DNA of 64,000 bases from an uncultured Bacteroidia bacterium (lineage in GTDB: Bacteria > Bacteroidota > Bacteroidia > Bacteroidales > UBA932): the NCBI GenBank assembly GCA_902780935.1, contig CACZHP010000001.1, positions 129,264 to 193,263 on the forward strand, written 5' to 3'. Within the stretch, counting starts at the first letter, position 1. Each line of letters begins with the position of its first letter. Both the position numbers and the translations under genes were made by a program. Below the pieces are notes generated by a model. The model did not search any database and was not told the DNA's origin. It worked only from the letters and a program-made list of their open reading frames with translations. Shown here piece after piece: positions 10,058 to 17,142 of this stretch.

Positions 10058-11572
10058 TTATTTTTCCTGATATTCAAAATATTCGAAACTGGCCTGGCCG
10101 CCTTCGGCGAAGAGCCCGAGCATCACTCCCGTGAAACCTCCGACCACTTCGGAGCTCAGCAGGGATGTCTCAAACTCCCCGAGAGACTTTCCTCCGGCGA
10201 AGAACTCATACCTGTTGCCATCTTTGGATTCCACTTTGAGGACAGTCTCCTTTCCCTTGACAGGAACCTCTCCCAATACGGTGTCGACGGACTTCAGCCT
10301 GAACCTCAAAACAGCCTTGCCACCACTGACCTCAATTGCGGCGAAGCCATTATAGTCCTGATAAACAACCAGTCCGGCCTTTCCTGAACGGGAATCAAGA
10401 CGGACCTTAGTCTCGGCCACAATCCCCGGACTCTCTTGGCGCACCCCGACAAAGGTAGGATGATCCCTCTCGTCAAGAGGCTTGGCGCCAGACAGGGTAA
10501 GACGACCCTTATCCATCTTATAACGAGACATTTCCGGATTCTGGATATACACCCAATTGGGGCCGAGAGGACTCTCGAATTCTTCCCGCCAGGACTTCTT
10601 GGCGGGAGTCGGAGCGGACCAGCTTGCCTTGACGGGCATAATTGCCTCAATAGGTGCCCCGTCATTGATCACTGGCCACCCGGCGACCCAGGAAACAGGA
10701 GCTATAAACGTCTCACGTCCAAGATGATGGAAGTCCCCTCCGTAACGCCTGAATCCCAGAAATACGACCCACCAGGACCCGTCGGGAGCTTGTACGAAGT
10801 CCCCGTGACCGGTTCCCTGAATCTGATGTCCCTGGGAAACCTGACGGAACTGCGTAAGGATAGGATTCAGGGGATTTGACTCATACGGCCCCCAGATGTC
10901 CCGGCTTCTGGCCACTGTCAGGCCATGACCCATCTCCGTTCCTCCCTCGGAAATCAGAAGATAGTACCATCCGTCTTTTTTGTAAATATGCGGTCCCTCG
11001 GCATAACGACCGCCTGTGCCATACCACAGAACTTTGCCCTCAGTCAATTGTTTACCGGTCACGGGATCGATCTCGCAAAGCACGATCCCATTAGGATTGG
11101 AGACCATGTAGCACTTGCCGTCCTCAAAGAGGAAAGAAGGGTCAATTCCTCCTTGCTTCAAATAGACAGGCTCTGACCAGGGTCCCTTTGGATCCTTCGC
11201 CGTCACGAAGAAATTCCCGCCAGTGGTGACATTCGTGGTGACCATGTAATATGTCCCCTCATTATAGCGGATCGTGGTGGCATATATTCCGCCGGACGAA
11301 TTCGCGTTCTTAAGGGGAAGCTGGCTCTCCCTGTCGAGAACATTGCCTATCAATTCCCAGTTGACCAGGTCTGTCGAATGGTAAATCGGCACCCCCGGAA
11401 AATACTGGAAAGAGGAATTGACTATGTAATAGTCGTTTCCAACCCGGCAGATTGAAGGATCCGGATGATACCCGGGAATGATAGGATTGTGAATCTCAAG
11501 GTTGCCGTTTTGGGCAAACGAGACCGCCAAAGAGAAGATGACGATAAAGGCTGTGGTTATAAGACGTTTCAT
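10058..11572 (-). CDS. GH43 beta-xylosidase/alpha-arabinofuranosidase with C-terminal ConA-like domain
   Basis: NPIIPGYHPDPSICRVG, SSFQYFPGVPI, GGIDPSF, AEGPHIYK, QGTGHGDFVQ, GGFTGVMLG; start moved to ATG 11572 (MKRLITTAF signal peptide). Confidence 0.92.
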   Translation of the reverse strand: MKRLITTAFIVIFSLAVSFAQNGNLEIHNPIIPGYHPDPSICRVGNDYYIVNSSFQYFPGVPIYHSTDLVNWELIGNVLDRESQLPLKNANSSGGIYATTIRYNEGTYYMVTTNVTTGGNFFVTAKDPKGPWSEPVYLKQGGIDPSFLFEDGKCYMVSNPNGIVLCEIDPVTGKQLTEGKVLWYGTGGRYAEGPHIYKKDGWYYLLISEGGTEMGHGLTVARSRDIWGPYESNPLNPILTQFRQVSQGHQIQGTGHGDFVQAPDGSWWVVFLGFRRYGGDFHHLGRETFIAPVSWVAGWPVINDGAPIEAIMPVKASWSAPTPAKKSWREEFESPLGPNWVYIQNPEMSRYKMDKGRLTLSGAKPLDERDHPTFVGVRQESPGIVAETKVRLDSRSGKAGLVVYQDYNGFAAIEVSGGKAVLRFRLKSVDTVLGEVPVKGKETVLKVESKDGNRYEFFAGGKSLGEFETSLLSSEVVGGFTGVMLGLFAEGGQASFEYFEYQEK

Positions 11573-11606
11573 AACAAACGTAAAGATAACATTATTTTCG
11601 CAGCTC

Positions 11607-12227
11607 TCAGAATGACAGATAAATATTCCTGAAGTCCATGGGGCCGCCTTCGGACTGGATGGCGATGTAGCCGTCGAGAGCGTCGCAGACGGCCTCATTG
11701 ACGAGTACGCCGTTCAGCCAGACTTTGATTGAGCCGCCCTTGCAGAGGAATTCCATCTCATTCCATTCTCCTACAGGTAGTTCCGCATTTTCTTCGACGA
11801 GGCGGTCTTTCTTGTAGAAAGGCCCTTCCAGCCCCTCTATCTTGATCCCTCCCATCAAGACTCCCATGTCCTTGGGAGTCATCTGGAGCTGGACACCGAG
11901 CGGCCAGACCTTATCCCCGTCCTGCAGGCGGTTGAAGACACCTCCGTCAACAGCCTCCGCACCGGCCCATCTCCATTCGAGATGAAGGCGGTAGTCGGAA
12001 TATTTTTTCTCTGTGCGGAGATAGCCGAACGGCTTGCCGGTCACATGAAGAACGCTGTCCCGGACAGAGAATGTCTCGCCATCAAAGGTCTCACCCTCAG
12101 CGGATTTAAGCACCGCCTTCCAGCCGGAAAGATCCTTTCCGTTAAACAAAACGGTTGTTTTTTCCCTCTCGCAGGAAAGAAAAATGGCCGCAGCGCAAAG
12201 TGCGGCCAAGAAATACTTGATATTCAT
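11607..12227 (-). CDS. DUF1080 (3-keto-disaccharide hydrolase family) lipoprotein
   Basis: Lipobox FLSC; LFNGKDLSGW, YSDYRLHLEWRW, GEWNEM, GYIAIQSEG, FRNI. Confidence 0.85.
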   Translation of the reverse strand: MNIKYFLAALCAAAIFLSCEREKTTVLFNGKDLSGWKAVLKSAEGETFDGETFSVRDSVLHVTGKPFGYLRTEKKYSDYRLHLEWRWAGAEAVDGGVFNRLQDGDKVWPLGVQLQMTPKDMGVLMGGIKIEGLEGPFYKKDRLVEENAELPVGEWNEMEFLCKGGSIKVWLNGVLVNEAVCDALDGYIAIQSEGGPMDFRNIYLSF

Positions 12228-12231
12228 AAAA

Positions 12232-13770
12232 CTAAAGGTTCCTGAGAAGGTTGGCCATGTTGACCTTCTTGTTGATCATCTCATGGAGCTCGCTGATAGG
12301 GACCCTCACCTGTTCCATCGAGTCGCGGTCGCGTACGGTGACGGTGTTGTCGTTCATCGTGTCGTTGTCGATGGTGACGCAGAACGGGGTTCCGATGGCA
12401 TCCTGGCGGCGATAGCGCTTGCCGATGGAGTCCTTCTCGTCATACTGGTAGGCGAAGTCGTACTTGAGAAGATCCACGACCTCCTGCGCCTTCTCCGGCA
12501 GACCGTCCTTCTTGACCAGGGGAAGGATAGCCACCTTGACCGGGGCGAGCGGGGCAGGAATGCTGAGGACCACGCGGGTCTCACCACCTTCCAGCTGCTC
12601 CACTTTGTAGGAATGGCTCAGGACGGCGAGGAACATACGATCCACACCGATCGAGGTCTCCACGCAGTAAGGAACATAGCTCTCACCGGTCTCAGGGTCG
12701 AAGTACTGAATCTTCTTCCCGCTGATTTTCTGATGGTTCCCGAGATCGAAGTCGGTCCTTGAGTGGATGCCCTCAAGCTCCTTGAAACCGAAGGGGAAGT
12801 TGAACTCGATGTCGGTGGCCGCATTGGCGTAGTGAGCCAGCTTCTCGTGGTCGTGGAAACGGTAGTTCTCCGCACCCATGCCGAGGTTGACATGCCATTT
12901 CATGCGGTTCTCCTTCCACTTGGCGAACCATTCCATCTCGGTTCCGGGACGGCAGAAGAATTCCATCTCCATCTGCTCGAACTCCTTCATTCGGAAGATG
13001 AACTGCCTTGCCACGATCTCATTACGGAAAGCCTTACCGATCTGGGCGATACCGAAAGGAATCTTCATACGGCCGGTCTTCTGGACGTTGAGGTACTCCA
13101 CGAATATTCCCTGGGCGGTCTCAGGACGGAGGTAAAGCACGTCGTCTGAATTACCTGTCGTGGAGCCCTGGGTGCTGAACATCAGGTTGAATTGCCTGAC
13201 CTCGGTCCAGTTGGCGGTGCCGGAGATGGGGCAGACGATCCCGCAGTCGATGATAATGTCTCGGTAGGCCTTGAGGTCGTTGGCATCCTCGGCGGCCTTG
13301 TAGCGCTCGTGTACCTCGTCGTATTTCTTCTTCTCGCGGAGGACATTGGGGTTTGTGGCCCTGAACTGTTCCTCGTTGAAGGCGTCTCCGAACTTCTTGC
13401 GTCCCTTGGCCACTTCCTTCTCGATCTTCTCCTCGATCTTGCCGAGATAGTCCTCGATCAGGTTGTCGGCGCGGTAGCGCTTCTTCGAGTCCTTGTTGTC
13501 GATCAGAGGGTCGTTGAAAGCGGCGACATGGCCCGAGGCGACCCAAGTCTTTGGGTGCATGAACACGCAGGAATCTATTCCCACGACATTCTCGTTGAGG
13601 CGGGTCATCGCCTCCCACCAATAACGCTTGATGTTGTTCTTGAGCTCAACGCCCATCTGGCCATAATCATAGACGGCGGCCAGTCCATCATAAATCTCAC
13701 TGGAGGGGAATATGAATCCGTATTCCTTGCAATGCGCGACCAGCACCTTGAAGAGTTCGTCCTGTGTCAT
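12232..13770 (-). CDS. glyQS: Glycine--tRNA ligase (homodimeric alpha2 type)
   Basis: SSEIYDGL, YDYGQMGVELK, YLRPETAQGIF, GKAFRNEI, EFEQMEM, ELEGIHSRTDFDL, anticodon domain IGKRYRRQDAIGTP. Confidence 0.97.
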   Translation of the reverse strand: MTQDELFKVLVAHCKEYGFIFPSSEIYDGLAAVYDYGQMGVELKNNIKRYWWEAMTRLNENVVGIDSCVFMHPKTWVASGHVAAFNDPLIDNKDSKKRYRADNLIEDYLGKIEEKIEKEVAKGRKKFGDAFNEEQFRATNPNVLREKKKYDEVHERYKAAEDANDLKAYRDIIIDCGIVCPISGTANWTEVRQFNLMFSTQGSTTGNSDDVLYLRPETAQGIFVEYLNVQKTGRMKIPFGIAQIGKAFRNEIVARQFIFRMKEFEQMEMEFFCRPGTEMEWFAKWKENRMKWHVNLGMGAENYRFHDHEKLAHYANAATDIEFNFPFGFKELEGIHSRTDFDLGNHQKISGKKIQYFDPETGESYVPYCVETSIGVDRMFLAVLSHSYKVEQLEGGETRVVLSIPAPLAPVKVAILPLVKKDGLPEKAQEVVDLLKYDFAYQYDEKDSIGKRYRRQDAIGTPFCVTIDNDTMNDNTVTVRDRDSMEQVRVPISELHEMINKKVNMANLLRNL

Positions 13771-13808
13771 AATATCTGGATCTTTTTATGTTCGTGTTTT
13801 TCCGCCTG

Positions 13809-13837
13809 CAAAGGTACAAAATAATTTAGTACCTTTA
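13809..13837. promoter_or_regulatory. Divergent promoter region with back-to-back -7 boxes forming an inverted repeat
   Basis: CAAAGGTA at 13809-13816 reads TACCTTTG on the minus strand toward glyQS; TACCTTTA at 13830-13837 (one mismatch) points toward the G1PDH-family gene. Confidence 0.55.
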
Positions 13838-13858
13838 TGGTCTGTAAACAATCAACAA

Positions 13859-15199
13859 ATGGATTCTAAACAGAGGATAGCGAACGCGCTCAAGGTGGCG
13901 ACCGACACCAAGGTGTTCGAGATGGGAAGAGGAGCCAGCCAGATGGCTCCAGATGTGTTCAAGGAGTATTTCCCCGGCCGAAAGGCGAAGATAATAGCCG
14001 ACATCCACACCTGGCCGGTTCTTGGGGAGAAGGTTTACGGCTTGTTTGTCGAGGCGGGGATCCCGACAGAGAAGTTCATCATCATGGAAGAGGAATTCCA
14101 TGCGGAATGGGAATATGTCGAGATGGTGGACAAGGAGCTGGATGGCGGATATATCGCTGTGTCAGTAGGTTCCGGAGTCATCAACGACCTTTGCAAGCTT
14201 TGCTCGCATCATCATGAGCAGCAGTATCTGACCTTGCCGACCGCGGCTTCAGTGGATGGATACTCCTCGTTCGGAGCCTCTATCTCTTATCAGAACTCAA
14301 AGCAGACTTTTTCTTGCCCGGCTCCGGTCGCTATAATCGCTGACATCGATGTGATAGCCGCCGCTCCCAAGGAGATGACAGCTGCTGGCTACGCCGATCT
14401 TGCCGCCAAGGTTCCCGCTGGGGCAGAGTGGATGGTCGCTGACCTGATGGGCACCGCTCCGATCAAGCCGGACGCCTGGCATGTGCTTCAGGACTATCTC
14501 GATGACTTGCTCTCGGATCCAGCGGGAGTCGCCGCGGGGGATCCGGCCGCTATAGCGGATTTGTTTGAGGGATTGACACTCAGCGGTTTCGCTATGCAGG
14601 CCGCCCAGTCCAGCCGCCCGGCATCCTGCTGCGATCACCTTTTCAGCCACATCCTGGACATGACCCATCACAGGTATAAGGGCAAGCTGCAATCCCATGG
14701 TTTCCAGGTCGCTATCGGAACCCTGACGATGTGCGCCGTTTTTGACGAGCTTTTCAAGCTGGATCTCACGAAGTTGGATGTGGACGCGTGTGTAAAGGCA
14801 TGGCCTACACTTGAGCAGGAGCAGGCCAGGGCTACGGAAATATTCAAGGATTTTCCTGCTCCGACCCTCGGGTACGACAACATCACGAAGAAGTACAACG
14901 ACGCTGAAACTGTCCGGGAGCAGCTCACGAGGGTCAAGGACACTTGGCCTGAGTTCAAGAAAAAGCTTCAGGGTCAGGTATATACCTTCGAGAAGATGCG
15001 GGATCTGTTCAAGATCGCGGGAGCCCCTTATGATCCATCCATGATCGGGGTCACCCGCCAGCAGCTTAAGGACATGTTCCCCATCGTGCAGCTAATGCGC
15101 CACAGGATGAACGTCCTGGATCTGGCGAAGAGGGGCATGTTCTACGACCGGATTGTCGAGCCGGTGTTCGCTCCCGGAGGGGCTTGGGAGATTGTTTAA
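13859..15199 (+). CDS. sn-glycerol-1-phosphate dehydrogenase family (AraM/EgsA-like, DHQ-synthase-like metal-dependent dehydrogenase)
   Basis: GSGVINDLCK, TAASVDGYSS, AGYADLAAK, SRPASCCDHLFSH, SHGFQVAIG; start moved to ATG 13859 because the longer ORF overlaps glyQS. Confidence 0.85.
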   Translation: MDSKQRIANALKVATDTKVFEMGRGASQMAPDVFKEYFPGRKAKIIADIHTWPVLGEKVYGLFVEAGIPTEKFIIMEEEFHAEWEYVEMVDKELDGGYIAVSVGSGVINDLCKLCSHHHEQQYLTLPTAASVDGYSSFGASISYQNSKQTFSCPAPVAIIADIDVIAAAPKEMTAAGYADLAAKVPAGAEWMVADLMGTAPIKPDAWHVLQDYLDDLLSDPAGVAAGDPAAIADLFEGLTLSGFAMQAAQSSRPASCCDHLFSHILDMTHHRYKGKLQSHGFQVAIGTLTMCAVFDELFKLDLTKLDVDACVKAWPTLEQEQARATEIFKDFPAPTLGYDNITKKYNDAETVREQLTRVKDTWPEFKKKLQGQVYTFEKMRDLFKIAGAPYDPSMIGVTRQQLKDMFPIVQLMRHRMNVLDLAKRGMFYDRIVEPVFAPGGAWEIV

Positions 15200-15205
15200 G
15201 GGATC

Positions 15206-15604
15206 ATGACTATCAGGGGTTCGGGAGTTGGCGGATTCGCCAAAGGGAAGGCGTTTGTCGCGGTTGACAGCGGCCAGCGCAATCCCTATGAGGACATTCC
15301 TCCGGGAAGTGTCCTTGTGGCCCGGACTGTCTTTCTGGCGGATTCCGTGATGATCAATTTCAATAATGTGGTGGCGATGGTCCTTGAGGATGAGGATCTG
15401 ACAGGCCATCCGAGCCTTTTGGCAAGGGGGCTGGGAATACCAGCCATAGTCGGGGTGAAGGGTTGTCTCTCGAATATTATCAACGGGGATAGGATTCTCA
15501 TCCAGAACATGGATGTGATCATCAATCCGGATCTTGCGGCGGTGGAGGAATATGACCGGCTGAGAAGGGAATCAGATCCCCAGCTCAGTCTTGATCTGCT
15601 TTAG
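15206..15604 (+). CDS. Stand-alone PEP-utiliser mobile (phospho-histidine swivel) domain protein
   Basis: N-terminal GSGVGGFAKGKA resembles the Enzyme I start; LTGHPSLLARGLGIPAIVG matches TSHxxIxARxxxIPAIVG; VIINPD tail; ATG 6 nt after the upstream stop. Confidence 0.78.
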   Translation: MTIRGSGVGGFAKGKAFVAVDSGQRNPYEDIPPGSVLVARTVFLADSVMINFNNVVAMVLEDEDLTGHPSLLARGLGIPAIVGVKGCLSNIINGDRILIQNMDVIINPDLAAVEEYDRLRRESDPQLSLDLL

Positions 15605-17102
15605 AGAGAACCTCCTTCCAGACCCTCATGAAATTTTCTCCCCAGAAGCCTTTGATCTGCTCTGGGGTGTAGCCATGTTCCAGCATCTTGACCGTGAGGT
15701 TGATAAGGTCATTGTCCCCATTGCAACCCCACACACCGCCGCCTCCATCAAAGTCGCTTCCTATCCCAACATGCTCAGCTCCAGCCACTTTGACGCAATG
15801 GTCGAAATGTTCCATCATGTCGTCTATGGTCATCGAGCTCCGTGGTCTGCCAAGATATTCAGGGACGCTATAGACTTGTATCAGGCCTCCGTTCTCGGCA
15901 AGAGCCTTGAGCTGTTTGTCGTCCAGCCCGCGGTCGTGGCCGTAAACTGCCTTGGCTCCGGAATGGGAACAGATAATAGGAGCCTTGCTGTATTTGACGC
16001 AGTCCCAGAAAGTACCGGCAGAAGGATGGGACAAATCTATCATGATCCCCTGGCGGTTCATCTCCTCGACCACCTGCTTTCCGAAGTCTGTCAGGCCTTT
16101 GGAGGGATTGCTTCCGTGTCGGGAGGAAGTGTTGCAGATGGCGTTGTCCCGGAAGTGGCATAGGGAGATATAGACCACTCCCAAGTCCTTCATTTTCTTT
16201 ATGTTCCCAAGGTCGTTACCTATCCCGTACCCGTTCTCAAGGGCGATCATGAAGACTTTTTTGCCAAGAGCTTTAAGGGAATCCGCTTCGGCTGGGGTCT
16301 TGGCAAGGCCGCATATTTGGGAATAATTGTCCACATCTGCCTTGATTTTCTTGATCTTGTCCAAGTTTTTCCTAACGGCTTTGTCGGAGGAAGCATTGTC
16401 CAGCGGTCCTTGCCAGAGAAAGCTGATTAGAATCTGAGCGTCCAAGTGGCCCTCTATCATTTTTGGGACGCCGGTCAGGGATTTCGAGCGTGTACCAACT
16501 GAATAGCCAAGATGATAAAGATCCGGGAGGTCGCAGTGGGTGTCAATCGAGAAACAACTGTCCATCAATTCTTTAGCCTTCCGGAATGTTCTCGCCTTCT
16601 CTATGAGACCATCCATTGTGGTGATTGTTCCCGGCATCTTGCGGAGCCCTTTGTCTATAGCCTCCGTCAAGCTGGAGGATCCCACGTGGGGAATATTCCT
16701 GTCAGCTATGGCTTTGTAAAACAGCACTGAATACTCATCCCCGGCCCGCACCCATCCGTCCGGGATCATGGCTCCGTCCCATAGCGCCGCCAGTGACCAG
16801 AGTTCGGAATAAGGGTTTCTAATGGCCGCCAAACTTGGGACTTCCGCTGGATGGCCACCGGCTTTTCGGACCATTTCCGAGAGTATCTCTTTTTGGGGGC
16901 AGTCGGGGATGGCGATGGTGGGGAGGAGGCCTTCGAGTCGAGGATGAGAATAATAATCAGAATGACAATATGAGGAGAGGGCAGCGTCGGATTTTTCGAA
17001 TATGGCCTTGACGTCGTCAGGATAATTAAGTTCCTGGGCTCTAGACCGAAAAGAGACCAGAGCTGACAGGAAAGAGACGAATATGAATAAATACCCCCTC
17101 AT
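15585..17102 (-). CDS. Membrane dipeptidase (peptidase M19) with degenerate N-terminal domain, secreted
   Basis: IDTHCDLP, ALENGY, YISLCH, GLTDFGKQVVEEMNRQGIMIDLSH, SHSG, HVGIGSDFDGGG, GENFMRV. Confidence 0.9.
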   Translation of the reverse strand: MRGYLFIFVSFLSALVSFRSRAQELNYPDDVKAIFEKSDAALSSYCHSDYYSHPRLEGLLPTIAIPDCPQKEILSEMVRKAGGHPAEVPSLAAIRNPYSELWSLAALWDGAMIPDGWVRAGDEYSVLFYKAIADRNIPHVGSSSLTEAIDKGLRKMPGTITTMDGLIEKARTFRKAKELMDSCFSIDTHCDLPDLYHLGYSVGTRSKSLTGVPKMIEGHLDAQILISFLWQGPLDNASSDKAVRKNLDKIKKIKADVDNYSQICGLAKTPAEADSLKALGKKVFMIALENGYGIGNDLGNIKKMKDLGVVYISLCHFRDNAICNTSSRHGSNPSKGLTDFGKQVVEEMNRQGIMIDLSHPSAGTFWDCVKYSKAPIICSHSGAKAVYGHDRGLDDKQLKALAENGGLIQVYSVPEYLGRPRSSMTIDDMMEHFDHCVKVAGAEHVGIGSDFDGGGGVWGCNGDNDLINLTVKMLEHGYTPEQIKGFWGENFMRVWKEVLSKADQD

Positions 17103-17142
17103 CTATGCGCGAAATTAATCGAAAAAAAGTTAAATTGCGGGT

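Noticed and set aside
11573-11698. Long N-terminal extensions in the ORF track (GH43 to 11698, G1PDH from 13712, manC to 28880, membrane protein from 53089, GT4 from 61509)
   Set aside because: They overlap neighbouring genes or promoter boxes, and a downstream ATG gives the expected N-terminus or signal peptide
13859-15199. Archaeal-type ether lipid synthesis implied by a G1PDH-family gene
   Set aside because: No GGGP synthase or DGGGP synthase is in the window, and bacterial AraM-like homologues occur without ether lipids; the gene alone is insufficient evidence
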